Part shown: piece after piece, positions 46,507-55,475 of the stretch
Layout of the letters: each line of letters opens with the position of its first letter
Numbering within the stretch: position 1 is the first letter of the stretch
NCBI GenBank assembly: GCA_003554145.1
Contig: PWFS01000009.1
Coordinates: 1-55,475, forward strand
Source: Halobacteroidaceae bacterium
GTDB lineage: Bacteria > Bacillota > Halanaerobiia > B1SED10-174
DNA length: 55,475 nucleotides
Direction: 5' to 3'
Notes under the pieces: generated by a model
Told to the model about the DNA's origin: nothing
Seen by the model: only the letters and a program-made list of their open reading frames with translations
Database searches by the model: none
Made by a program: the position numbers and the translations under genes

Positions 46507-47531
46507 AAGAGCTGACCGAAGTCCCGGGAATTGCCGGTCGGGAAGGGCAGGTGCGTGAATTAATTAAAGAACAATTAAAAGGTCAGGATCTGGCCCTATC
46601 CGGGGATGCCATGGGTAATTTTTACGCCCGTTGGGAAGGGGGACAAACTCCCCTGCTAATGCTGGCCAGCCACATGGATGAAGTTGGTTTCATGGTAATG
46701 GGTTATGACAACAGCGGGCTGATTAAGTTTGCCCCGGTGGGGGGTATTGACCTGCGGGTGGTTCCCGGCAAGAAAGTTTATCTGGGAGATGAAAAGACCC
46801 CCGGAGTTATTGGGGTTAAGCCCATCCATATGCAAAAAAAAGCAGAACAAAATAGACCTTTTTCCCGGCAGGATCTCCTGATTGATATTGGCGCCAGCAG
46901 TGAAAATGAAGCCCGAAAAAAAGTAAACATTGGTGATCAAATAACCTTTTCCACCACCACCGAATTTATTTCTGAAAGGGTAATGAAGGGGAAGGCTTTT
47001 GATGATCGAGCGGGGTGTGCCGCTATAATAGAAATATTGAAGAGCAGACCTCCGGTAAAGCTCTGCGGGGCTTTTACCGTTCAGGAGGAAGTAGGGCTGC
47101 GGGGAGCTGGAGTTGCCGCGAGTAATGTGGGTCCCGCCCTGGCCCTGGTTCTGGAGGGAACTACGGCCTCTGATGTTCCCGAAAGCCCGCCTCATCGCTA
47201 CTCAACTACAATGGGGGAAGGGCCGGCCCTTACTATTATGGACCGCTCTTTTCTGGCCAATCAGAAGCTTAATCAGCGGGTAATGGAACTGGCGGAAAGG
47301 GAAGGGATCAAATATCAACTGCGCCGGACCAGCATTGGTGGAACGGATTCCGGTCCTATTCACCTGCGGGAAGAAGGAATTCCCACCATCGGGCTTTCTC
47401 TGCCCTGCCGCTATATTCACAGCCCGGCTTCTCTTTTGAATATGGATGATTTGCAGAATATGATAGATCTGGTAAAAACAATTTTACAGGATATTGCTGA
47501 AGGAGGGTTCCCCATTGGAACAACTTATTAA
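46497..47531 (+). CDS. M42 family metallopeptidase paralog 2 of 3
   Basis: SHMDEVGF, FDDRAGC, QEEVGLRGA, GGTDSG and YIHSP motifs. 10-nt overlap with paralog 1. Confidence 0.9.
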   Translation: MLIKELTEVPGIAGREGQVRELIKEQLKGQDLALSGDAMGNFYARWEGGQTPLLMLASHMDEVGFMVMGYDNSGLIKFAPVGGIDLRVVPGKKVYLGDEKTPGVIGVKPIHMQKKAEQNRPFSRQDLLIDIGASSENEARKKVNIGDQITFSTTTEFISERVMKGKAFDDRAGCAAIIEILKSRPPVKLCGAFTVQEEVGLRGAGVAASNVGPALALVLEGTTASDVPESPPHRYSTTMGEGPALTIMDRSFLANQKLNQRVMELAEREGIKYQLRRTSIGGTDSGPIHLREEGIPTIGLSLPCRYIHSPASLLNMDDLQNMIDLVKTILQDIAEGGFPIGTTY

Positions 47532-48522
47532 AAAGCTAACTGAAGCTTATGGCCCATCGGGACGAGAGGAACAAATTCGGGAAGTGATCAGGGAGGAAAT
47601 TTCGGACCTGGCCGATGAGATTCGAGTTGATTATCTGGGTAATTTGATTGCGCTGAAGAAGGGAACTGCTTCGGGGAAAAAAAAGCCGATAATGCTGGCC
47701 GCCCACATGGATGAAATAGGGTTGATGATAACCCATATAGAGGAAAAAGGCTTTTTGAGATTTACCGGGGTCGGAGGTATTGCTCCTTCAAGGCTGACAG
47801 GAGCCCGCATGATTCTGCCTTCAGGTAGAAAGGGTTTAATTTATCATGAACCATTAAAGGATAGCTCCAAATTAACCCTGGAAAAAATGTACCTGGATAT
47901 TGGCGTCGAAACTGAAGAAGAGGCCCGGGAATTTGTAACAATTGGAGATATTGCTGTTGCCGACGAACCCTTTATCGTCCTGGGGAATCGTTTTCTGGCC
48001 AAAGCCCTGGACGATCGCATTGGCTGTGCGATATTAATCCTGGTCCTGCAGCAAATGGAAAAAACCTCGCGGGATCTTTATTTTGTTTTTACCTCCCAGG
48101 AAGAAGTTGGGCTGCGGGGGGCCAGAACCTCTGCCTTTGGAATTGACCCCGGGCTGGGACTGGCAGTTGATGTTACCATGGCAGGAGATACCCCTGAAGT
48201 GAAAAAAATGGATGTAAAACTGGGGGCGGGGGCAGCAATTAAAGTTAAGGACAGTTCCCTGATTACCAGCCCTCTGATCCGCGATAAAATGATAGAAATT
48301 GCAGAAAATGAAAAAATTCCCTATCAACTGGAGGTTTTGCCCCGGGGCGGAACCGATGCAGGAGGCATAAGCCTGACCAGGGAAGGGGTGCTGGCAGGGT
48401 GTGTTTCCATTCCCTGTCGTTATGTTCACAGCCCCGGAGAAATGGTTGATCGGCGCGATGTGGAGGGTGCGGTAAAATTGCTGGAAAAAATGCTGCAACA
48501 GGACCTGGAATTTCCAGGGTAA
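47515..48522 (+). CDS. M42 family metallopeptidase paralog 3 of 3
   Basis: AHMDEIGL, LDDRIGC, QEEVGLRGA, GGTDAG and YVHSP motifs. TTG at 47515 lies 7 nt after GGAGGG; the track start is 47494. Confidence 0.9.
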   Translation: MEQLIKKLTEAYGPSGREEQIREVIREEISDLADEIRVDYLGNLIALKKGTASGKKKPIMLAAHMDEIGLMITHIEEKGFLRFTGVGGIAPSRLTGARMILPSGRKGLIYHEPLKDSSKLTLEKMYLDIGVETEEEAREFVTIGDIAVADEPFIVLGNRFLAKALDDRIGCAILILVLQQMEKTSRDLYFVFTSQEEVGLRGARTSAFGIDPGLGLAVDVTMAGDTPEVKKMDVKLGAGAAIKVKDSSLITSPLIRDKMIEIAENEKIPYQLEVLPRGGTDAGGISLTREGVLAGCVSIPCRYVHSPGEMVDRRDVEGAVKLLEKMLQQDLEFPG

Positions 48523-48619
48523 GGAAGAAAACTGGGAGCTATTGATTGGAGGTCAGGAAAAGCTTTAAAATTAAAGGCCATTAATTAAGCTGGAATTTCC
48601 GGGCAGAGGAGGGGGCAAA

Positions 48620-50176
48620 TTGCAAAAATTATTTTTCAATGGTCAATTCTATGATGGAGTCAGGGAAGAACCCCGCAGGGGTAACCTGCTGGTTGAAGGG
48701 GAACGCATTAAAGGTTTTTTTGACTCCAGAGAATTACAACCAAATTTGGATCAAAAGGGGGAAAAAATAGATCTGGAGGGTGCCATAGTAACCCCTGGTC
48801 TGATCGACGGTCATACCCATTTTATGATGTTTTCCCAGCAGCTATTATCCTTTCGTTTCAGCCACTGTAAAAGCCTGCAGGAAGCCCTGGATGTAGTTGC
48901 AGCAGGGATAAAAGAAAACCCCCGTATCGGGGGCTGGCTATTGGGTGGTGGCTGGGATCATAATTTCTGGCCGGAGGGGCTTCCGGATCGACAGGTTCTG
49001 GATAAGGTAACCGGTGATATACCAGCTGCTTTTTTCAGCAAGGATCATCATAGCCTCTGGGTTAATTCTGCTGCTCTGGAAAGGGCTGGAATTGGTCCTG
49101 ATACACCAACCCCTGCCGGGGGAGAAATTGTTCGGGAGGAGGATGGCCGGCCAGCCGGGGTGTTGATGGAAAATGCCAACGATCTTATTCTGGAAATAAT
49201 TCCTCCCCCTTCCCTGGAGGTGGCCGTGGAGGCCTTAGAAAAGGGAATGGAGAATGCAGCAAGCCTGGGGCTGACCGGGGTGCATACCTTTGAGGGCTTC
49301 AGGGCTCTGCAGGCCCTACAGCAAATGCAGAGGCAGGGTCGTTTAAAGATGAGATTTCTCATGGGAATACCCACTCCGCAGTTGGAAGCGGCCCTGGAAG
49401 TTGGGCTGAGTTCCGGAATTGGCAATGAATACCTGCGCCTGGGCCACCTTAAAATGTTTCTGGATGGAGCCCTGGGCTCTCAGACTGCGGCCATGATTGA
49501 ACCATACACCTCCAATCCTGATTATCGGGGCATACCCACCATGGAGGAGGATGAATTTTCCCGAATAGCCAAAAAAGCCATTGATCACGGTCTGGGACTG
49601 GCTATTCATGCCATTGGGGACCGGGTCAACCGCCTGGCAGTTGATGTTCTGGAAAAAAATCAGGAGCAGACCCGTTACTATAATTTGCGGCATCGGATTG
49701 AACATGCCCAGTTATTGCAGCCCCGGGAAATCAAGAAAATAGGTGAACTGCAGATTATTCCCTCCATGCAACCGGTTCATCTCAAGAGCGATCAGGAATT
49801 GATCGAGCGACACTGGGGAGAAGAAAGGGGCCGGTGGGCCTACGCCTGCCGCAGCCTTCTGGATAGCGGGGCCCAACTGGTGCTGGGGACTGATGCCCCA
49901 GTGGAAACTATTGATCCCCGGGAGGGATTGTATTATGCAATTTTCCGCCGGGGCCAGAATATGGAGGAAGCCATTACCGCGCATCAGGCGCTGCGAGCCT
50001 ACACTTATGGTCCTGCCTACGCTGCGGGCGAAGAAAAGATTAAAGGAACACTGGAGAAGGGCAAGTTGGCGGATATGACCGTTTTTTCCTCGGATTTCCT
50101 GCAGGATCCTGAGCAATTAAAAAATGTGGAAATTCTGGGGACAGTTGTCGGGGGAGAGTTGGTTTACTGGAGATAA
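48620..50176 (+). CDS. Amidohydrolase-family metallohydrolase (Amidohydro_3 / YtcJ-like)
   Basis: TTG start after GAGGAGGGGG. PGLIDGHTHF. HAIGDR...IEHAQ. GTDAPVE. Confidence 0.8.
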   Translation: MQKLFFNGQFYDGVREEPRRGNLLVEGERIKGFFDSRELQPNLDQKGEKIDLEGAIVTPGLIDGHTHFMMFSQQLLSFRFSHCKSLQEALDVVAAGIKENPRIGGWLLGGGWDHNFWPEGLPDRQVLDKVTGDIPAAFFSKDHHSLWVNSAALERAGIGPDTPTPAGGEIVREEDGRPAGVLMENANDLILEIIPPPSLEVAVEALEKGMENAASLGLTGVHTFEGFRALQALQQMQRQGRLKMRFLMGIPTPQLEAALEVGLSSGIGNEYLRLGHLKMFLDGALGSQTAAMIEPYTSNPDYRGIPTMEEDEFSRIAKKAIDHGLGLAIHAIGDRVNRLAVDVLEKNQEQTRYYNLRHRIEHAQLLQPREIKKIGELQIIPSMQPVHLKSDQELIERHWGEERGRWAYACRSLLDSGAQLVLGTDAPVETIDPREGLYYAIFRRGQNMEEAITAHQALRAYTYGPAYAAGEEKIKGTLEKGKLADMTVFSSDFLQDPEQLKNVEILGTVVGGELVYWR

Positions 50177-50190
50177 ACAAAAAAGCGGGT

Positions 50191-51369
50191 TCAGGGGTTG
50201 CTTCCCATTATGATCGAAGCGCCCCTTTTTTTCTGGAGTTTTTCGGTCCGGTTTTGACACTGCTGACAGTTATCATTGCTGGCAACTATCAGGTGCCGGG
50301 TTTTATCCAGGTGGGAGTTTATGCTGAGAACTCCCGGGCAACGGGAGCAGGGGAAAAAAGCTTCCTGCCGTTTTTCCTGGAAAAACTCTTCATCATAGAA
50401 AAAAGAAACATTTCTTTTTTTGGGAACCGGGGAGCCCTCGAATTTTTCTGCTCCGGCCTGCCAGTCCGCCCTAATTTTTTGCAGGTGCTTGCTGATCCGG
50501 GAGGAAGAGGGAGGGGGCTGGGAGGTAAAACTGGTGATCAGAGAATTAAGGAGGGCCCCAAAGGATTGGGGGACTGCCCTCCTGCAATCATAGCCTCCGG
50601 CAATCACGGTAATATCAGGTTGGAGCAGGGTTGAAATCAGGCCCAGGGTGGTTTCAGAATAATTGAGGTGGGACAGAAAATCATCCTGATGACCGTCAAA
50701 GCCGGCCACATGGATAATCAAGTCTGGAGAAAAATCTTCAATTTCAGGAAGGACCAGTTCTTTAATGGCCTGGAACAGGTAAGAATCGCCTGCTCCCGGA
50801 GGCAGGGGAATATTTCTAATATTGTTAAAGGCCCCGGTAGTTTCTGCAAAACCAGAACCCGGAAAAATGGTGCGCCCATCCTGATGAATGGAAAAGTGTC
50901 GGATTCTGGGTTCGTAAAAAAATATATCCTCGGTCCCATCCCCGTGATGGGCATCTGTATCTATCAGGGCCAGTCGCAAATCCGGGTTTTCCTCAAGTAA
51001 AAATCTGAGTCCTATGGCCTCGTTATTAATGGTGCAAAAACCCCGGGTTCCATAACTGAGGCGGGGAGAGTGATGTCCGGGAGGGCGGGAGCATATCAAC
51101 GCCTGCTCCCCTTTTAAGGCTTTTTGGCAGCTCATTACCATGGCCCCGGCAGCCATATAATGGGCTTCTTTTAATTCCACCCGGGGCGATATAAACTGAT
51201 ACCTGCCAATTTGCTCCCGGGATAAAGGAAGGGGATTTTGAAGTTTTAGTCCCTTTTCCCGGATGATTTTTTCCATTGTTTCCATTCGAAAAGGGCTTTC
51301 CGGGTGTCCAGGTTGAATAATCCAGTCTGTCCCCGGTGCCCAGATGATATTTAAATCCTTTTTCTTCAC
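50191..51369 (-). CDS. Histone-deacetylase-family (AcuC/APAH-like) deacetylase with a C-terminal CxxC...CxxC extension
   Basis: RPPGHH and DTDAHHGDGT motifs, plus GGYD. C-terminal CSRC...CQQC. GTG start after GGGGGTGA. Confidence 0.85.
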   Translation of the reverse strand: MKKKDLNIIWAPGTDWIIQPGHPESPFRMETMEKIIREKGLKLQNPLPLSREQIGRYQFISPRVELKEAHYMAAGAMVMSCQKALKGEQALICSRPPGHHSPRLSYGTRGFCTINNEAIGLRFLLEENPDLRLALIDTDAHHGDGTEDIFFYEPRIRHFSIHQDGRTIFPGSGFAETTGAFNNIRNIPLPPGAGDSYLFQAIKELVLPEIEDFSPDLIIHVAGFDGHQDDFLSHLNYSETTLGLISTLLQPDITVIAGGYDCRRAVPQSFGALLNSLITSFTSQPPPSSSRISKHLQKIRADWQAGAEKFEGSPVPKKRNVSFFYDEEFFQEKRQEAFFPCSRCPGVLSINSHLDKTRHLIVASNDNCQQCQNRTEKLQKKRGASIIMGSNP

Positions 51370-51446
51370 AGAAGATCACCCCCAAAAATAGACAGGAGCC
51401 AGGATAAGTGATAAAATAATAACTTGGAAAATAAAATAGCGAAATT

Positions 51447-52856
51447 ATGATGGGATGCCCTGGCATGACCAAATTAACAGAAATGAACCTTAAAAAAAGT
51501 GTTTTAATCCTGGCTTTTCCGGTGGTGGCCAGGATGTCATTACAATCACTGGTAGGTCTGGTAGATACGGCCATGGTGGGCCGAATTGGTCCTGCAGCTA
51601 TTGCTGCGGTTGGAATTTCCAATCAGATAGTCTTTTTTTTGATTGGAATTATTACCGCTTTCTCCATTGGAACTACCACCCTGGTGGCTCAGTATATCGG
51701 GGCTGAAAGAAAAAGAAAAGCTCAGGAAATAGCAATGCAGTCTCTTTTGATAACCGTTTTTCTTTCTCTGATCATCGGGTTTTTGGGCTTTATTTTTTCC
51801 CGCGAAATTATCGGTTTTCTAATCGGGAGAATGGATGAGGCAGATCCAGAAATCCTGAACTTTGGCAGTACTTATCTCCGAATTATATCCCTTTCAACTC
51901 CATTCTTTTTCTCCCTGGTTCTCTTTAATGGGATTTTTCAGGGAGCAGGGGATATGAAAACCCCCTTATTTTTGATGGCCTGCACCAATATCTATAATGC
52001 GGTAATGGATTATTTTTTAATATTTGGAATTGGCTTTTTCCCCGAACTGGGGGTCACAGGAGCGGCAATTGCTACTGGATCTTCTCGAATTATTGCCGCG
52101 GTGGCTGCTTTTTTTCTTTTGTTGCGGGGCAACAGTTATTTTAAAATACGTCTGTCCCGGGCTTCTTTTCGCCTGCAGCTTCCCTTGATCCGGGATGTTT
52201 TGCGCATAGGGATTCCGGCAGCTATGGAGCATTTAATTCGCTCCAGTGGACAGACCCTGTTAACCATTCTGGTGGCAGGACTGGGAACAATACCTCTGGC
52301 AGCCCATCAGGTGGCTATGCGGGGTTTATCCCTGGCCTTCATGCCTGCTTTTGGGTTCGGCCTGGCTGCAACTACCCTGGTAGGGCAGAACCTGGGGGCT
52401 GGTTTTCTGGATCGGGCCCGGGAAAGTGGATATACTGCCAGCAGAATAGCGATGATGGGTATGGCAGTACTGGGGATAGCTCTTTTTGCCCTTGCTCCTC
52501 AGTTTACCCGGCTTTTTATAAAAGATGAACTGGTAATAGCCCAGGCCGCAGAAGCTCTGCGGGTAATTGCCCTGACCATGCCCTTCCTGGGATCAACCAT
52601 TACTTTATCGGGGGCCCTGCGGGGCGCTGGTGATACCCGCTGGGTTCTATATATTACAGCTCTGGGAGTCTGGGGAGGCCGAATTGGACTTTCCTATATC
52701 CTGGCCTTTACCTTTAATCTGGGATTAATCGGAGCCTGGCTGGGCCTCAGCATCGATTTTTTGGTTCGCTTTATTCTGACCACCATCCGCTTCGGTTCTG
52801 ATTACTGGCAGAAGAGAATTGTTAAGGTAAGGACCCGGGAAAAAACGGCAGGTTAG
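51447..52856 (+). CDS. MATE family efflux transporter
   Basis: 12-TM profile. LAFPVVARMSLQSLVGLVDTAMVGRIG N-terminal signature. Start uncertain (alternative ATG at 51465). Confidence 0.85.
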   Translation: MMGCPGMTKLTEMNLKKSVLILAFPVVARMSLQSLVGLVDTAMVGRIGPAAIAAVGISNQIVFFLIGIITAFSIGTTTLVAQYIGAERKRKAQEIAMQSLLITVFLSLIIGFLGFIFSREIIGFLIGRMDEADPEILNFGSTYLRIISLSTPFFFSLVLFNGIFQGAGDMKTPLFLMACTNIYNAVMDYFLIFGIGFFPELGVTGAAIATGSSRIIAAVAAFFLLLRGNSYFKIRLSRASFRLQLPLIRDVLRIGIPAAMEHLIRSSGQTLLTILVAGLGTIPLAAHQVAMRGLSLAFMPAFGFGLAATTLVGQNLGAGFLDRARESGYTASRIAMMGMAVLGIALFALAPQFTRLFIKDELVIAQAAEALRVIALTMPFLGSTITLSGALRGAGDTRWVLYITALGVWGGRIGLSYILAFTFNLGLIGAWLGLSIDFLVRFILTTIRFGSDYWQKRIVKVRTREKTAG

Positions 52857-52868
52857 GAGGACTGGAAA

Positions 52869-54116
52869 ATGGAACAACGCAAACTGGCTTTTTTAACCTG
52901 GGGAGCATTACTGGCAGGACTTTTTATTTCTTTTTTCCACCGCTTCGCCTTCGGGGTTGTTGCTTCGGATATTGGGGGAGCCCTGGAACTGTCGGGAGCG
53001 GCGGTGAGTAACCTGGGTGCTGTTTACTTTTATGTTTATGGTATAATGCAGATCCCCTCTGGAATTCTCATAGATAAAATTGGCCCCCGTCGCATTTCAG
53101 CCCTGGGTATGGCCATAACCGGGCTGGGTTCAATTATATTTGGATTTGCCGGTAGTTATTTCCCGGCTTTTGCGGGGCGATTGCTGGTTGGTCTGGGAGT
53201 TTCGGTGATTTTTCTGGCAGTACTTAAAGTGCAGTCCGGCTGGTTTCCCCCGGGTGATTTTTCCCGGCTGACAGGTATTACCTCTGCAGTGGGCAACACT
53301 GGAGCAGTTCTGGCCTCCGCTCCCTTTGCAATAGTTGCTATGGCCCTGGGCTGGCGGGGAACCTTCTTGCTGCTGGGGCTTATCTCCTGGGTGATAGCCC
53401 TGATTATTTTCAGGCTGGCTCGTTTTCCCAGGCCTGATGATGGGCCGGCCCGGAATCAGGAAAGCATGGGAAGCCTGGGCCGGGGTCTGCTGCAGGTTTT
53501 ATCCAATCCCCGGACCTGGCCCAACTTTTTTACCATATCCGGTTTAATGGGAACGAGCATGTCCCTGGCCGGAGTCTGGGGAGTTACCTATTTGATGCAG
53601 GTTCAAGATTGGAGCCAGGATCGGGCTTCTTCCCTGATTTTACTGGTTTTGCTGGGTCTTCTGGTAGGATCCCCGGTTTATGGAAGCCTGGCTTCTCGTT
53701 GGGGGAGGGTCAAGCCGATCATTAATTCAGGAGCTGCAATTGCCCTTATTTTCTGGCTTCTGGTCGTATTTTTCCCTGGTCTGCCCGGGTGGTTATGGCC
53801 TTTTCTTTATTTTGGAATCGGGTTTTTTTCCATTGTCTTTTTCCTCTGTTTTACCAATGTAACCGCAGTCAACCCCTCCCGTTATTCGGGCATTGCTACC
53901 AGCGTGATTAATTTTGGAGCCTTTATAATTAGTTCCCTGATCAGCCTTTTAATCGGCTATATGCTCGATCAGCGCTGGGAAGGGGAGTTAATAGATGGCT
54001 TCCGCCTATATCCTGTTGAAGCCTATCAAAGTGCTTTTTCGATTTTTATAATTTTTACCCTGATTAGCCTTATTGCCTCATTTTTTATTGTGGAAAAGAA
54101 GGAGGAAAAAAAATGA
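52869..54116 (+). CDS. MFS transporter
   Basis: 12-TM profile. GILIDKIGPRR loop 2-3 motif. Confidence 0.85.
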   Translation: MEQRKLAFLTWGALLAGLFISFFHRFAFGVVASDIGGALELSGAAVSNLGAVYFYVYGIMQIPSGILIDKIGPRRISALGMAITGLGSIIFGFAGSYFPAFAGRLLVGLGVSVIFLAVLKVQSGWFPPGDFSRLTGITSAVGNTGAVLASAPFAIVAMALGWRGTFLLLGLISWVIALIIFRLARFPRPDDGPARNQESMGSLGRGLLQVLSNPRTWPNFFTISGLMGTSMSLAGVWGVTYLMQVQDWSQDRASSLILLVLLGLLVGSPVYGSLASRWGRVKPIINSGAAIALIFWLLVVFFPGLPGWLWPFLYFGIGFFSIVFFLCFTNVTAVNPSRYSGIATSVINFGAFIISSLISLLIGYMLDQRWEGELIDGFRLYPVEAYQSAFSIFIIFTLISLIASFFIVEKKEEKK

Positions 54117-54790
54117 TTGCTCAACAGAAAAAGCTAATTGCTTTTGACCTGGATGGAACCATATTTGAAACGGAACCCCTGGCCGTAATCGCAGTGCAGA
54201 AGACTATTGAAAACCTGGCCCGGGAAAACCTTTATATCAGGTCTCTACCCTCCAAAAAAGAATGTCTGCACATCCTGGGCATGGTGCAACAGGAGATCTG
54301 GGATTATTTAATTCCCGGGGCCAGTTCTCAGGCTTTGGACCGGGCGGATCAACTGCTGGAGGAAATCGAAAAAGAATACCTGGAAAAAGGAACCGGGCAG
54401 CTCTACCCTGATGTTAGAACCACCCTGGAATTTTTAAAAAGAAATAACTGGGGCCTTTTAATTGCCTCCAATGGTGGAGAGGGTTATGTTAAAGCAGTAA
54501 TTGAAACCCGGGATTTAACCCCTTTATTTGACGGAATATACAGTGCGGGAGAATTTGCTACGGAAAATAAGGGGGAGCTTTTGCGTATTGCCCGGGGAAA
54601 ATTTCCCGGTTTACAGGCCATGGTGGGGGATCGCAGATCAGATATTGAGGCCGGCCGGGCCAACAATTTAATTACCGTGGGCTGTTCTTTTGGTTATGGA
54701 AGTAAAGAGGAAATAAGGGGAGCGGATTATTTAATCGATGATTTTTCCCAGATTAAGGGTTTATTTTCCCCGGAGCAAAAAGCTTTTTAA
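54113..54790 (+). CDS. HAD-superfamily hydrolase (phosphoglycolate-phosphatase-like)
   Basis: FDLDGTI motif I. ASNG motif II. GDRRSDIEAG motif IV. Confidence 0.85.
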   Translation: MIAQQKKLIAFDLDGTIFETEPLAVIAVQKTIENLARENLYIRSLPSKKECLHILGMVQQEIWDYLIPGASSQALDRADQLLEEIEKEYLEKGTGQLYPDVRTTLEFLKRNNWGLLIASNGGEGYVKAVIETRDLTPLFDGIYSAGEFATENKGELLRIARGKFPGLQAMVGDRRSDIEAGRANNLITVGCSFGYGSKEEIRGADYLIDDFSQIKGLFSPEQKAF

Positions 54791-55475
54791 TATCTTCCGG
54801 GGAAAAGGTGTTGATTAATGCCTGTGGAGGAAGGCCTGCCTTGCGAGCAACAGCCAGCCCATATTCCAGGTGCTCCAGGGCATCCAGCCGGTGGGCATCA
54901 GGATTAATAGCCAGCAGGGCCCCCTGCTCATAGGCAAAATCGGCCCATTCCCAGTTCAGGTCCAATCGATAAGGATTGGCATTTATCTCCAGGATAACTC
55001 CATATTCGGCTGCAACCCTGATTATTTCTTCCAGGTCCAGAGAATAGGCCTCTCGGGCCAGGAGCAATCGTCCCGTGGGATGGCCCAGCATGGTAACCCG
55101 GGGATGTTTTAAAGCTCGGATCAGGCGGCGGGTCATGTCCTCAGTGCTCATTTGAAAATGGGAATGGATCGAGGCAATTATAAAGTCGAGATCGAGTTCT
55201 TCCAGAATTGAATCGGGATAATCGAGACTGCCGTCGGGCAGAATATCGGATTCCACACCGTGGAAAATATGAATTTTGTCCCCATAAGACCTGCGCAGAC
55301 GGGCTATTTCTGAGGCCTGTCTTTCCAGGTCTTTTTTTTCCAACCCGTTGGCATAAAAAGCAGACTGACTGTGATCAGAAATCCCAATAAATTCCCATCC
55401 CAGTTGATAACAATCCTTAACAACTTTTTTCAGGGTTACCGCCCCATCACTATAGGTGGTGTGGATATGGAAAAT
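54753..55475 (-). CDS. PHP-domain phosphoesterase (PolX C-terminal-like), 5'-partial at the window edge
   Basis: The minus-strand frame is open to the window end and reads IFHIHTTYSDGAVTLKKVV...ISDHS...HGVESDI...ASIHS...GHPTGR...INPDAH. The track M at 55343 is an internal TTG. Confidence 0.85.
   Translation of the reverse strand: MFHIHTTYSDGAVTLKKVVKDCYQLGWEFIGISDHSQSAFYANGLEKKDLERQASEIARLRRSYGDKIHIFHGVESDILPDGSLDYPDSILEELDLDFIIASIHSHFQMSTEDMTRRLIRALKHPRVTMLGHPTGRLLLAREAYSLDLEEIIRVAAEYGVILEINANPYRLDLNWEWADFAYEQGALLAINPDAHRLDALEHLEYGLAVARKAGLPPQALINTFSPEDIKKLFAPGKINP

Noticed and set aside
51026-51622. 198-aa minus-strand ORF spanning the HDAC gene 5' end, the divergent promoter region and the MATE gene start
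   Set aside because: It is out of frame with the well-supported HDAC CDS and crosses an intergenic region. Its composition is implausible.
1-55475. Search of the whole window for CRISPR arrays, IS elements, transposases, integrases, prophage genes, rRNA/tRNA genes and known defence-system genes
   Set aside because: I saw no regularly spaced direct repeats, no terminal inverted repeats flanking a transposase-like ORF, no T-loop or acceptor-stem tRNA signatures in the intergenic regions, and no nuclease, methylase or ATPase defence architectures. The only Lon-like gene lacks BREX partners.

Overview
55.5-kb chromosomal segment with Firmicutes/Clostridia-type core synteny (rpsA, DUF512, der, gpsA, hup). 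It is densely coded and almost entirely on the + strand, and many proteins have Glu/Asp-rich tails. I saw no rRNA or tRNA genes, CRISPR arrays, transposases, integrases or recognisable defence genes, so no clear-cut new system is proven from sequence alone.

Main blocks:
- Housekeeping genes: rpsA, der, gpsA, hup, pgsA, mtaD, nth.
- A tightly coupled five-gene unit: UPF0182 membrane protein, an M16 peptidase pair, selU, and a LonC-like protease.
- A tandem glycine riboswitch driving gcvT-gcvH-gcvPA-gcvPB. This runs without a break into two atypical radical-SAM proteins (LipS1/LipS2-like) and an LplA/LipM-type ligase. A third radical-SAM protein, a small methyltransferase and lpdA follow.
- Cell-wall remodelling genes: TPR-SpoIID and a 5xLysM-M23 peptidase.
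- A divergent pdxS/pdxR pair with repeat operators.
- An AT-rich, low-coding island (about 40.9-43.3 kb) with three near-consensus sigma-A promoters, two small secreted proteins and a 27-codon ORF ahead of an ABC-2 exporter.
- Three tandem M42 peptidase paralogs followed by other metallohydrolases, then MATE and MFS exporters, a HAD hydrolase and a partial PHP-domain gene.

Most interesting items:
- The LipA-independent lipoylation module fused to the gcv operon.
- An orphan, promoter-plus-terminator-bounded ~150-nt candidate sRNA in the 0.8-kb pgsA-mtaD gap.
- The UPF0182-M16-SelU-LonC operon.
- The orphan leaders and micropeptide in the AT-rich island.
- A FadL/PorV-like outer-membrane barrel, which implies a diderm Firmicute.

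All family assignments come from motif recognition by eye. No searches or computations were run, and hairpin strengths were not calculated.
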